From: an uncultured Chloroflexota bacterium
GTDB lineage: Bacteria; Chloroflexota; UBA6077; CF-72
Direction of reading: 5' to 3'
Length of the DNA stretch: 64,000 bases
NCBI GenBank assembly: GCA_964435115.1
Contig: CAYSYM010000005.1
Coordinates: 7,134-71,133 of the forward strand
Shown here: in pieces, positions 8,527-17,845 of the stretch
Numbering within the stretch: position 1 is the stretch's first letter
How the letters are laid out: each line of letters opens with the position of its first letter
Made by a program: the position numbers and the translations under genes
The notes under the pieces: model-generated
What the model saw: only the letters and a program-made list of their open reading frames with translations
Told to the model about the DNA's origin: nothing
Databases searched by the model: none

Positions 8527-9323
8527 CTCCCCCTTCTCAGAAGCTGGCGGGTCCTCGGCGGTGTGGCTCCTCAGAACGAACCGTCCGAGCGGAGTGCAGC
8601 ACCGCCGCCCGCTCGCGAGCAAACGGGTGGGCGCCGGCCGGCGCTGCCCGCACGGGCGCGAGCGCGCCGACCGCCCACCCCGGCGGTTGGCCAAGAGGCG
8701 ACCGGCTCCATTGTGCCGGAAGGTCGACCCTTGGTGCTCGCTTCGGATCTGCCCGCGACTGGTGGCGCGCCGGGCGACTCGCGCTCTCGGCCCAACGGCG
8801 TGAGCGGGGGAGCGCGTCCGTGGTGCAGGGCTCGGCCCGCCAGGGTCGACCGCTACACGACTCCTCGGCTGTGCCCCACGCCTCGCTCGAACGCGGGGCC
8901 TACCGGAGCGGCGGCGCCGGACTACCCGCGGAGGGCGTCCGCCCAGGCCCGGGCCAGGCGCTGCGCTTCGCGCGGCGAGGCCAGGCGCGCCTCGGCGCCC
9001 ACCCGGACAGCGGTGGTGAAGAGCGCGCCGAGCTCGGCCAACTGCGCCAGTGGGCGCCGGCCGGGGGTGGGTGCGGCCGCCCGACGCGCGGGGCCGCGGA
9101 GGCCAGCGTGGGAAGCGGCGGGAGCAGCTGCAAGTGTGGTCACAGTGGGGGTGTTCCTTATGCGGAGAGATCGGCTGCCTCTGGATTGAGCGTAGCGCCG
9201 GCGCGGCTCGGGCGCAGCGCGCGCGAGGCGGGCCGGCTGGGAGTCCTTTCGTCCCGGCCGGCGGGCGTACGGGAGGCCCGCACGCGCCCGTGCGAAACGG
9301 CAGGCCGGGCGGGCGGGCAGGAC

Positions 9324-9352
9324 TTGACAACGGGGTGGGGGCGCGCGTAAAC
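9324..9352 (+). promoter_or_regulatory. sigma70-like promoter candidate (TTGACA-17-GTAAAC) about 300 bp upstream of tctC
   Basis: A perfect TTGACA hexamer at 9324, which is rare at 70% GC. The -10 element is weak. Confidence 0.2.
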
Positions 9353-9652
9353 AGGGGTCTGCTGGCCGGACCGCTTCGCTCACCGCCGTGCAGGGACCCC
9401 GCAGGCGCCAGCTCGCCCGTCGCCTGTAGCGGCGCGAGGCGCTCCGCGGAGTCCGTCCTATGGCACCCGCGAGGGCCCGGCAAGGCACTCACGAACAGGG
9501 GAGGATGAATCGGTTACCGAACGCCACGTCCCGAGGTCCGAGGTAGTCAGCCGATTCGCGTGGTCGGCGACGAGTAGCTCTGAGAGCCTCGATGGTTCGC
9601 CCGCCAACGCCGCCGGACTGTTGAGTGTATCCAGATTGAGGGGGAACCCCGA

Positions 9653-10834
9653 ATGACGTTTGCGAAGCTGGGTGCGCGTCTTGCCGCCGGGAGCGCGGCG
9701 CTCGCCCTTCTCGCTGCCGCCTGCGCCCCGGCAGCCCAACCATCGCCCACGGCCACGACCGCGCCGGCGAAGCCCGCCGCGCCGACGGCGGCCCCGGCGG
9801 CGTCGCCGAAGCCGGCGGCCGCCGCGAGCCCGGCGGCGTCGCCCAAGCCGGCGGCGGCAGCGAGCCCGAGCCCGGCCGCGGCGGCCAAGCCCGGGGCCGG
9901 TGAACTGGGCCAGGTGCCGCGGGCGCCGTCGGCCGCCAACATCCGGGGCGAGCCGCCCGCGCAGCCGATGGAGTTCGTCATCAGCACGAGCCCCGGCGGT
10001 GGCTCCGACATCTACGCCCGCTTCATGATCGGGATCATCCAGAAGTACAACCTCTCACCCCAGCCGGTGCTCCCGATCAACAAGGACGGCGGCGCGGGCG
10101 CCGTGGCCATGCAGTACCTGGACGGCAAGAAGGGCCAGCCCGGGGAGTTCATGATCACGCTCAATAGCTACCTCACCACCCCCATGCTGCAGAAGCTGCC
10201 CTTCAAGTCAGACAGCTTCACCGGCGTCGCCCTGATGGGGCTGGATTCGTTCTTCCTGTGGGTGCCGGCCGACAGCCCGTTCAAGACGTTCAACGACTTC
10301 CTGACGGCCGCCCGCAACGAGTCGCTCACCGTCGGCGGGACCGGCTCGAAGCAGGAGGACGAGATCCTCTTCAAGTCGATCGAGATGCGGGCGCAGACGA
10401 AGCCGTTCAAGTACGTGCCGTTCAGCGGCGGTGGCGCCGTCGCGACGGCCCTGGCAGGAGGCCAGGTGCAGGCGACGGTCAACAATCCGAGCGAGGCTCT
10501 GCCCTTCTACCCGGACAAGGCCCGACCGCTGGCCGCCTTCCTCGACGAGCGCTCGCCCGCCTTTAAGGACCTGCCGACTGCCAAGGAGCTCGGGCTGAAC
10601 CTCACCTACTTCAACATGCGCGGCATCGTCGCCGCGCCCGGGATCTCCGCCGGCCACCGCGAGTGGCTGACCGGTCTCATGCGTGAGGTCTACGTCAGCC
10701 CGGACTGGCAGGAGTTCCTCCAGAAGAACGCGCTCGACGCGCAGTTCCTGAGCGGCGCCGACTTCGAGAAGTTCCTGGTCGACTTCGAGAAGCTCAACCG
10801 CGACGTGATGACGGAGGCCGGGTGGCTGCAGTGA
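9653..10834 (+). CDS. tctC: tripartite tricarboxylate transporter substrate-binding protein (TctC/Bug family), lipoprotein
   Basis: Lipoprotein signal (LALLAAAC), a Pro/Ala-rich linker, then the TctC-family core (…EFVISTSPGGGSDIYARF…GGGAVATALAGGQV…). RBS GAGGGGGAA. Confidence 0.8.
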   Translation: MTFAKLGARLAAGSAALALLAAACAPAAQPSPTATTAPAKPAAPTAAPAASPKPAAAASPAASPKPAAAASPSPAAAAKPGAGELGQVPRAPSAANIRGEPPAQPMEFVISTSPGGGSDIYARFMIGIIQKYNLSPQPVLPINKDGGAGAVAMQYLDGKKGQPGEFMITLNSYLTTPMLQKLPFKSDSFTGVALMGLDSFFLWVPADSPFKTFNDFLTAARNESLTVGGTGSKQEDEILFKSIEMRAQTKPFKYVPFSGGGAVATALAGGQVQATVNNPSEALPFYPDKARPLAAFLDERSPAFKDLPTAKELGLNLTYFNMRGIVAAPGISAGHREWLTGLMREVYVSPDWQEFLQKNALDAQFLSGADFEKFLVDFEKLNRDVMTEAGWLQ

Positions 10835-11340
10835 CCGATCCCAGCCCGGACCCGGTGGTCGTCGGTGGGACGCGGCGCGGCTGGGAGATCGGCGCCGCCG
10901 CTGCCCTCCTGGCCCTCGCCCTCGTCGTCATCATGGAAAGCCTCCGGATCGGGGCCGGCTACACCTTCGCCGGCCCCGCCACCGGGTTCTTCCCGTTCGT
11001 GGTCGCTGTGCCGCTGGTGGTGACCGCGGGCACCGCCCTCTGGCAGGCCCTGCATCTCCGCAGCCAGAAGCCGATCTTCGACTCCGCGGACGACGTCGTC
11101 GAGTTCGTGAAGGTCGGCGTGCCACTCGCGGTGGCGGTCATCTCGATCGCCTGGCTCGGCTTCTACCTGGCCACGGCGGCCTACATCGGGTTCTTCACCG
11201 CCTGGTACGGGCGCTACCGCTGGTGGGCGGTGCTGCTGGCCGCGCTCCTCTCGCCGGTCGCCTTCTACGTCGTCTTCGAGCGGATGTTCTCGATCTCGCT
11301 GCCGAAGAGCCTCTTCTACAGCCCTGCCATCCCCTTCTGA
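10822..11340 (+). CDS. tctB: tripartite tricarboxylate transporter small membrane subunit TctB
   Basis: About 170-aa 4-TM protein between tctC and tctA. Its GTG start overlaps the tctC end by 13 nt. Confidence 0.65.
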   Translation: MAAVTDPSPDPVVVGGTRRGWEIGAAAALLALALVVIMESLRIGAGYTFAGPATGFFPFVVAVPLVVTAGTALWQALHLRSQKPIFDSADDVVEFVKVGVPLAVAVISIAWLGFYLATAAYIGFFTAWYGRYRWWAVLLAALLSPVAFYVVFERMFSISLPKSLFYSPAIPF

Positions 11341-11359
11341 CTGAGACGGAGCGCTAGCC

Positions 11360-12886
11360 GTGGACGCACTCGGCGGTCTGGCCCTGGGCTTCAACCAGGT
11401 CCTGCAGCCTTTCAACCTGTTGATGATTTTCGTGGGGGTGGCGCTGGGCCTCGTCATCGGCGTGCTGCCCGGCCTGGGCGGGACCAGCGGCGTGGCGATC
11501 CTGCTGCCCGTCACGGTACTGATCGCCCCGAACGCGGCGATCATGCTCCTGGCCGGGATCTACTGGGGCGCCCTGTTTGGCGGGGTCGTCACGTCCATCC
11601 TCTTCAACATCCCCGGCGAGCCGTGGTCGGTGGCCGTGATGTTCGACGGCCACCCGCTGGCGAAGATGGGCAAGGCCGGCCTCGCCCTGACGGCGGCCTT
11701 CCTGGCCTCCTTCCTCTCGTCGATGGTGGCGAACGTCCTGTTCACTTTCTTCGCCATCCCGCTGGCGGAGTTCGCGCTCAAGTTTGGCCCGCCCGAGCTC
11801 TTCGCCGTGCTCCTCCTCTCGTTCGCGACGTTCGTCGGGCTGGGCGGTGGCTCCCCGATCAAGACCATCAGCATGGTGAGCCTGGGCTTCCTGCTCGCCG
11901 CGGTCGGCCTGGACATCGTCACCGGCCAGCCGCGCCTGACGTTCGGCGTCATCGACCTGCAGCGCGGGATCGACTTCGTCCCGGTGGCGATCGGCCTCTT
12001 CGGCATCGGCGAGCTCCTGGGCGCGGGCAGCGAGGCGAAGCAGAAGCACGAGTCGGTGGCGTACCGGATGGGGCTGGCCGACCTGAAAGAGGCGCTCCTG
12101 GTGCACTGGCGGCACGCCCGGCTGCTGATCGTCAACACGCTCGTCGGCTTCTGGGTAGGCGTCATGCCCGGGACCGGGGCCACGCCGGCCTCGTTCATCG
12201 GCTACGGCATCGCCCAGCGCTACTCGAAGCACTCGGACCGCTTCGGCAAGGGCGAGATCACCGGGGTGGTCGCCCCGCAGGTGGCGGCCAATGCCGCCGG
12301 CATCGGCTCCATCCTGCCGATGATCACCCTCGGCGTGCCCGGCTCGCCGACGGCGGCCGTCATCCTGGCCGGTCTCTTCATCTGGGGTCTGAACCCGGGC
12401 CCCACGCTCTTCATCCAGAAGCCGGACTTCGTGTGGGGCTTGATCGCCAGCCTCTACGTCGCCCACTCGCTGGCCTTCCTGCTCACCATGTTCGCCGTCC
12501 CGCTCCTGGCGGCGATCATGCGCGCGCCGTTCGCCCTCCTGACGCCGCTCATCGTCCTGATCAGCGTCGTCGGCGCCTACGTGATCAACAACTCGATGCT
12601 CGACGTCGTGATCATGCTGGTTTCGGGCGTGGTCGGCTTCTTCCTGGTGCGGCTCAAGTACCCCCTGGCGCCCCTGGTGGTCGCCCTGGTGCTGGGCGGG
12701 CCGACCGAGAACGCGATGCGGCAGACGCTGATCATGAGCGATGGCTCGCCGCTCATCCTCTTCGAGCGGCCGATCGCCGCCGGCCTGACCCTGCTCGCCC
12801 TGGCGCTCTTCCTGCTGCCGGCCCTCGGACCGCTGTTGCGGCGGGTGCGGGGCCGGACCGCCCGCGTCGAGCCGGCCATCACCTGA
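11360..12886 (+). CDS. tctA: tripartite tricarboxylate transporter permease TctA
   Basis: 508-aa polytopic membrane protein with a TctA-family N-terminus (…LMIFVGVALGLVIGVLPGLGGTSGVAILLP…). Confidence 0.85.
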   Translation: MDALGGLALGFNQVLQPFNLLMIFVGVALGLVIGVLPGLGGTSGVAILLPVTVLIAPNAAIMLLAGIYWGALFGGVVTSILFNIPGEPWSVAVMFDGHPLAKMGKAGLALTAAFLASFLSSMVANVLFTFFAIPLAEFALKFGPPELFAVLLLSFATFVGLGGGSPIKTISMVSLGFLLAAVGLDIVTGQPRLTFGVIDLQRGIDFVPVAIGLFGIGELLGAGSEAKQKHESVAYRMGLADLKEALLVHWRHARLLIVNTLVGFWVGVMPGTGATPASFIGYGIAQRYSKHSDRFGKGEITGVVAPQVAANAAGIGSILPMITLGVPGSPTAAVILAGLFIWGLNPGPTLFIQKPDFVWGLIASLYVAHSLAFLLTMFAVPLLAAIMRAPFALLTPLIVLISVVGAYVINNSMLDVVIMLVSGVVGFFLVRLKYPLAPLVVALVLGGPTENAMRQTLIMSDGSPLILFERPIAAGLTLLALALFLLPALGPLLRRVRGRTARVEPAIT

Positions 12887-13673
12887 GAGCGCGCCAGCGC
12901 TGCGGGTTTCCTCTCTCCGCTGGCTCGGGCGTCTGGGGCAGACGAGCCTCGGCGGTACTCTCACGCCCGGTTCGCTCCGCGGCGCGAGCGGCCTGCCGGC
13001 GGGCGCGGCGGCGGGCCGGGCGGTGGCGGTGGACGTAGTGGGCGAGGGCGAGCGTCGCCAGCATCACCAGCAGCCCGACCGCGGTGGTCAGCCCCTCCGG
13101 CACGACCTCGGTGCGCTTGATGACGTTGTCGCCCAGGAACATCTCGGCGCCGGTCCAGGCGATGACGCCGGCGCCCACGTAGGCCAGCCACCAGAGGCGG
13201 TTGATGAGCGCCGCGAAGAGGCTCCCGCCAATGAGGAGGATGGCCATGCTGAGGATGAGGCCGAACAGGAGGAGGCCGACGTCGCCGCGCGAGGCGCCCG
13301 CCACGCCGAGGATGTTGTCCAGGCTCATGATGAAGTCGGCCAGGAGGATGGTGAAGATGGCGGCGCGCATGGTGGCGGCCACCCTGACGCCCTCGGCGCT
13401 CTCCTCCTCTGCCTTGAGGAGCTTGAAGGCGATCCACAGGAGGAGGAGGCCGCCGACCGCCTTGAGGGCGGGGAGGGTGAGGAGGAGGGCGGCGACGGCG
13501 GTGAGGGAGATGCGCAGGGCGATGGCGGCGCCGCCGCCGAAGAGGATGGCGAGCCGGCGCTGCCGGGGGGGCAGGCGGTGGGCGGCCATGCCGATGACCA
13601 CGGCGTTGTCGCCGCTGAGCACCAGGTCGATGACGACGATGCTCAGGATCGCGGACAGGCGTTCGAGCTCCAT
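12879..13673 (-). CDS. TerC-family integral membrane protein, copy 2
   Basis: Same N-terminal 236 aa as copy 1. The C-terminal tail differs (…AAERTGRESTAEARLPQTPEPAERGNPQRWRALR). ATG at 13673. Confidence 0.75.
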   Translation of the reverse strand: MELERLSAILSIVVIDLVLSGDNAVVIGMAAHRLPPRQRRLAILFGGGAAIALRISLTAVAALLLTLPALKAVGGLLLLWIAFKLLKAEEESAEGVRVAATMRAAIFTILLADFIMSLDNILGVAGASRGDVGLLLFGLILSMAILLIGGSLFAALINRLWWLAYVGAGVIAWTGAEMFLGDNVIKRTEVVPEGLTTAVGLLVMLATLALAHYVHRHRPARRRARRQAARAAERTGRESTAEARLPQTPEPAERGNPQRWRALR

Positions 13674-13682
13674 GCGGGCGGG
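12974..13682. repeat. 709-bp direct repeat, copy 2 (identical to 7818..8526)
   Basis: See copy 1. The offset between copies is 5156 bp. Confidence 0.9.
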
Positions 13683-13806
13683 GTGTCCTCAGGCGGGGCC
13701 GCGTTCAGGTGGGACCGGCGCTCCCCATTGGGCCCTGACGAGACCCTGCAACGCGAACCCCTGCGGAGCGGTGCTCACTCCAGGTGCCTGGAAGGCCTGG
13801 GCGCCG

Positions 13807-14373
13807 TTACAGGTGCGCCCGACTGCGTCCATCACGCCTGGTGCCATGCTTGCCGGGCCGCGCTCTGGACGGCGGGCACCCCGCGCTGGGGCCACGGAGG
13901 AGGCGAGCAAGACGCACCTCCAGATAGGCAAACCCGGCCCCGAAGGCCGAGCCGATGAAGGCCTGATAGGCGAGGAAGCTCACGAGGGAGACTGGATCGG
14001 CCAGGTATCGCGCGGCGATTCCGACGATGGCGAAGTACCACAGGATGGCGAACGGGTAGGCAATGACCCAATACAGGACCACCTTGGCGGCCAGACTGCC
14101 GCGCAATTGGCTCGGCCGCTCAGACCGCCAGAGAGCGGGGAACCGGCGCCGCAGGAGGTCGAGGAGCAGCCCGCCCGTGCCGAACGGGAGTGCCGACCCG
14201 AAGAAGCGCGCCGGGTCAATCGCGCTCTGTGAGCTCAGCGCGCCGGCGCTGAGGAGGGCGCCGAGGGCCACGCCGCAGCAAACCCCCGTCAGGGTGCCTG
14301 AGTAGCGCAGCACCTGCCCGCGAAGATCGGCGCGCGTGCCTCCGACCGGGGCCTTCCTAACGGCTATCAGCAT
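13807..14373 (-). CDS. hypothetical membrane protein
   Basis: 188-aa ORF with three or four hydrophobic segments. No recognisable family. It lies upstream of TerC copy 2 on the same strand. Confidence 0.35.
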   Translation of the reverse strand: MLIAVRKAPVGGTRADLRGQVLRYSGTLTGVCCGVALGALLSAGALSSQSAIDPARFFGSALPFGTGGLLLDLLRRRFPALWRSERPSQLRGSLAAKVVLYWVIAYPFAILWYFAIVGIAARYLADPVSLVSFLAYQAFIGSAFGAGFAYLEVRLARLLRGPSAGCPPSRARPGKHGTRRDGRSRAHL

Positions 14374-14601
14374 CCGCGCGGCGGGTGCCTCCAGGAAGGG
14401 TCAGCCTTCAGCGATCGCCAGAGACGGGCCAGGATTCGGGGGATCCTGGCCCGCCAGGTGTGGGTTGCCTCGGGGTAACGGTGGAGAGCATCGGACCACC
14501 TACCCTCGTGTCGTTGCGTAGGCTGGGAGCCGACGTCAGGCACGGAGTGACGCAGATGCGGCCCAGGTGTTACGCGCACAGGAAGGGCCGGTGCGAAGCG
14601 C

Positions 14602-16128
14602 TCAGACGTCGGGCACGGCGCCCAGCACGAACACCGAGTAGAACAGGCCCCCCAGGTAGAAGACCGCTCCCGCCGCGAGGACCACGTTGGTCAGGAGGTT
14701 GGGGCGGATCTTCTTGGGCAGGACGAAGTTATTGACCGCTAGTAACAGGAGGGAGTACGAGCCCATCACCAGCGACGACAGGAACGCCAGCATGTCGAGG
14801 AGGAAGCCCGGGCCCGCGGCGGATCCCAGTAGCACCATGATGATGCCGACGACGACGACGAAGTAGAGGAATGCGTAGTACCACTTGCTCATGTGCCAGC
14901 GGCGTGCTCCGGGTGCGAAGTACCAGGTCATGTCTGCCTGGCCACGCGCGAACGCATCGAAGATCCCGAAGCTCATCTTGAAGCCCACGACGCCGATGAA
15001 CAGGTAAAACAGGGCACTGGCCGCCGCGCCGCCCGCCCTACCGAACGCGCCCGCCATAGCCGCCAGCGCAGCTGTCTGGCTGCCCTCGCCGATCGCCGCC
15101 CTCGCTGACGGGTCGATGTTCGCGGCCGCCATCGCCAGCACCGTGTAGATGATCGTCGTGAGCATGGTGATGCCCCAGAAGAGCACCAGGGCATCGAATA
15201 GGTTCCACTGCCGCCACCGCCGCCACGTCGCCATCTCCAGCGGGTTGTCTGTGTCGAACGTGTGGCCGCGGTCGGGCATCGATTCTTCTTCGCCCGTGAG
15301 CCAGCTCGTGATGCGACCGGCGTACTTCCCCATCCCCGCGCCCTTGTCGCGCAGGTAGAGCGTGTACCACATCTGCTGCATCCCGGACGGGCCGGCGAAC
15401 GCGATGGAGGCGACGATGAGCGGGAACCAGCGCTCACTCAGGAGCGTGCCGGGGTTCGTGGCCCAGGTGGACATGCCGACGAGTCCGGTGAAGGTGTCTA
15501 CCAGGTCGCGGAAGCTCCCGACGAAGGCGGCGATGCCCGCAGCGCCGATTACCATGATGCTGATCAGCACTCCGAGTACCGTCTCCACCACGGAGTAGAC
15601 CACCGGGGCGAAGGTGAGCACCACGCCGATCAGCACAATGCCGCCGATGGCGAGCGCTTGCCACGGGATGCCAGTGAAGGCGGACCATGACTGCGCCCCC
15701 AGGGAGATGTGGCCGGGCCAGATGTAGACCAGCATGGCGACGACCCAGAAGTACCACATGATCGCGGGGTGGATCCGCGCCGCGCCGAAGAAGATGCTCT
15801 CCCCGGTGGCGAGCGCGTAACGGCCCATCTCCAGCATCACGAAGAGCTGGATGGTGACACCGATGAGGAACAGGATCCGCACGTTTGGGCCGAAGACCAG
15901 CACCAGGCGCGGCCACATGTAGCTCTCGCCCAGCCCGACGCCCAGGGCGGTCAATACCAGCCCGGGGCCAAGGATATGGACAGGGTTCCAGGCTTCAGGG
16001 AGCGAGCGGATCGGTAAGGACGCGCCCCTCCCCAGAGGAATGGCGCGCTCCTCGGCTGAAGGCGCGCCTCCCACCTCCCGTGGCGCACCCACCGGAATCG
16101 CTGGTCCGCTCAGCGTTGCATCAGACAT
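14602..16128 (-). CDS. NRAMP-related (MntH-like) polytopic metal-ion transporter
   Basis: About 11-12 TM segments. LGPGLVLTALGVGLGESY...MLEMGRYALATGESIF parallels the NRAMP TM1-TM3 architecture but lacks a DPGN motif. The start at ATG 16128 (MSDATL) has a GGAAGGGGAGGGGA RBS. The ORF-track start at 16212 is an upstream extension. Confidence 0.65.
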   Translation of the reverse strand: MSDATLSGPAIPVGAPREVGGAPSAEERAIPLGRGASLPIRSLPEAWNPVHILGPGLVLTALGVGLGESYMWPRLVLVFGPNVRILFLIGVTIQLFVMLEMGRYALATGESIFFGAARIHPAIMWYFWVVAMLVYIWPGHISLGAQSWSAFTGIPWQALAIGGIVLIGVVLTFAPVVYSVVETVLGVLISIMVIGAAGIAAFVGSFRDLVDTFTGLVGMSTWATNPGTLLSERWFPLIVASIAFAGPSGMQQMWYTLYLRDKGAGMGKYAGRITSWLTGEEESMPDRGHTFDTDNPLEMATWRRWRQWNLFDALVLFWGITMLTTIIYTVLAMAAANIDPSARAAIGEGSQTAALAAMAGAFGRAGGAAASALFYLFIGVVGFKMSFGIFDAFARGQADMTWYFAPGARRWHMSKWYYAFLYFVVVVGIIMVLLGSAAGPGFLLDMLAFLSSLVMGSYSLLLLAVNNFVLPKKIRPNLLTNVVLAAGAVFYLGGLFYSVFVLGAVPDV

Positions 16129-16392
16129 ACGTCGACTCCCCTCCCCTTCCACCTGCTCAGGGTTCCCGCCTAATGGCTCGTGATGGACGAGGCTGGAGAT
16201 GCGCCCCCGCACGGCACAGCCCCAGCCTCGTCCAAGGCAGCGCCGGGGTCGGGGGAGCTAGAGGCATGGGCCCCGGTGCCGTCGAGACCGCCCCGGTCTC
16301 ACGAGGCCGGTCGATCCGCATTGTCACCTGATGTCCAGATGGGCAGGTGAAAGCGGCCTTAAGGACACCTGAAGGGGGCCTGAACGCCGCAC

Positions 16393-16974
16393 TCACGGGC
16401 TCCGGCCGGCGAGCTCCGCCAGGAGATGCTCGATGCGCGCCAGCCGGCGGTCGATGGCGGTGGCGCTGGCTTCCACCGGTGTGGGCCGTCGGCCGAGGAC
16501 GGTAATGGTGCCGCCCGTCTCCAGGATGACCTCCTCGCACTCCTCGATGGACGCCACCCCCTGGCGGTGGACGGCCGCGCGCAGCTCGTCTTCGGTGATC
16601 AGCTCCCGCTCGAGGTTCCGGCGCAGGATGCGTCCATCCCGCACCAGGACGATCGGCTCGCCCTCGATCCGCCGGTCCACTGCGGGATGGCGGTACAGGA
16701 ACCGGACGACGGCGAGGTTGGCGAGCACGAGCGTCGTGCCCCCGACGATGCCGCCGAGGAGCGAGTTGTCGTTGCCGATGATGGCGTTCTGGACGGTGTT
16801 GGAGAGGGTGAACAGCACCACGAAGTCGAAGGCGTTCATCTGAGCCAGCTCACGGCGGCCGCCCACGCGGAGGATACCCACGAGGAACACGTAGATCACG
16901 AGCGGACGGATGATCTTCTCGACGAGGCTCACGCCAGGCACCAGCAAGTCGGTTAGCAGGTCTGTGGAGTTCAT
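16393..16974 (-). CDS. DUF421 (YetF-like) domain membrane protein
   Basis: N-terminal TM helices followed by …RGIQVDGEPIVLVRDGRILRRNLERELITEDEL…VASIEEC…VILETGGTITV, as in the YetF/YdfR family. Confidence 0.7.
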   Translation of the reverse strand: MNSTDLLTDLLVPGVSLVEKIIRPLVIYVFLVGILRVGGRRELAQMNAFDFVVLFTLSNTVQNAIIGNDNSLLGGIVGGTTLVLANLAVVRFLYRHPAVDRRIEGEPIVLVRDGRILRRNLERELITEDELRAAVHRQGVASIEECEEVILETGGTITVLGRRPTPVEASATAIDRRLARIEHLLAELAGRSP

Positions 16975-17102
16975 GCTGCCAGGATGCCGCCTTCTCGCCC
17001 GGAACGGAACACACCGCCGGGGGAAGCGCGGGCGTCAGCGGGAGGTGCTCGAGCTCGGGCGAGCGTGCAGCGCGCTACGATGAGGTCGACTGGAGCCGGT
17101 CC

Positions 17103-17843
17103 ATGTCCGCCGCGACCATCCTGGCATCCGCCCGCATCGTGGTCATCGAGGATGACCCCCTGCAAGCTGAGGCGCTCGCGTTCATCCTGCGGCAGGAGGG
17201 GTACGCGGTCGAGGTTGCCGGGAGCGGCGCCGAGGGTCTCGTGCTCGCGCGGGGAGCCCGCCCACCAGATCTGGTCCTCCTCGACGTGGCGCTGCCTGAC
17301 CTGGGCGGGATCGAGCTCGCGCGGCGCCTGCGCGCCGGCTCGAGCGTGCCCATCATCATGCTCACCGCGCGCCGCCAGGAGAGCGACAAGATCACCGGGC
17401 TGGACGCCGGCGCCGACGACTACGTGACCAAGCCATTCAGCCCGGGCGAGCTGCTGGCGAGGATTCGCGCCCAGCTTCGCCGTGGCCCACGCCCCCAAGG
17501 AGGCGGCCGCGACGACGAAGGGGTGTTCCAGGTGGGAGCACTACGGATCGACGTGGGAGCGCGGCGCATCTCGCGCGGCGGACGCGCGATCGAGCTCTCA
17601 GCACGCGAGTTCGACATCGTACGGCTCCTCGCGGAAGCCGCCGGCCGCGTCGTCCCACGTGCCGTCGTCTTCACCAGCGTGTGGGGGACCAACTTCTTCG
17701 GCGACGAGCGGGCGCTCGACGTCTACGTCCGCATGATCCGCAAGAAGATTGAGCCCCACCCAGCCCACCCGACGTACCTGCACACGGTCCGCGGTGTCGG
17801 CTATCGGTTGGCTGAAGAGCCAGCCAACGCCGGCGTCGCCTGA
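17103..17843 (+). CDS. OmpR/PhoB-family response regulator
   Basis: Receiver domain (IVVIEDD…DLVLLDVALPDLGG…) plus a winged-helix C-terminus (…TVRGVGYRL). Confidence 0.85.
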   Translation: MSAATILASARIVVIEDDPLQAEALAFILRQEGYAVEVAGSGAEGLVLARGARPPDLVLLDVALPDLGGIELARRLRAGSSVPIIMLTARRQESDKITGLDAGADDYVTKPFSPGELLARIRAQLRRGPRPQGGGRDDEGVFQVGALRIDVGARRISRGGRAIELSAREFDIVRLLAEAAGRVVPRAVVFTSVWGTNFFGDERALDVYVRMIRKKIEPHPAHPTYLHTVRGVGYRLAEEPANAGVA

Positions 17844-17845
17844 GC

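Noticed and set aside
7696-9492. 598-aa ORF extending the TerC copy-1 gene far upstream
   Set aside because: Copy 2 defines the true start at MELERL. Copy 1 has the same ATG (8517) preceded by an RBS. The additional 325 codons upstream are unterminated GC-rich frame with no membrane or domain signal.
5458-16181. Treating the shared 12-mer CTAATGGCTCGT on its own as statistically significant
   Set aside because: Roughly 10^2 chance 12-mer coincidences are expected within 64 kb under a uniform model. The observation is kept only because of the 22-bp phasing at hsp20 and the promoter-proximal location at both sites.
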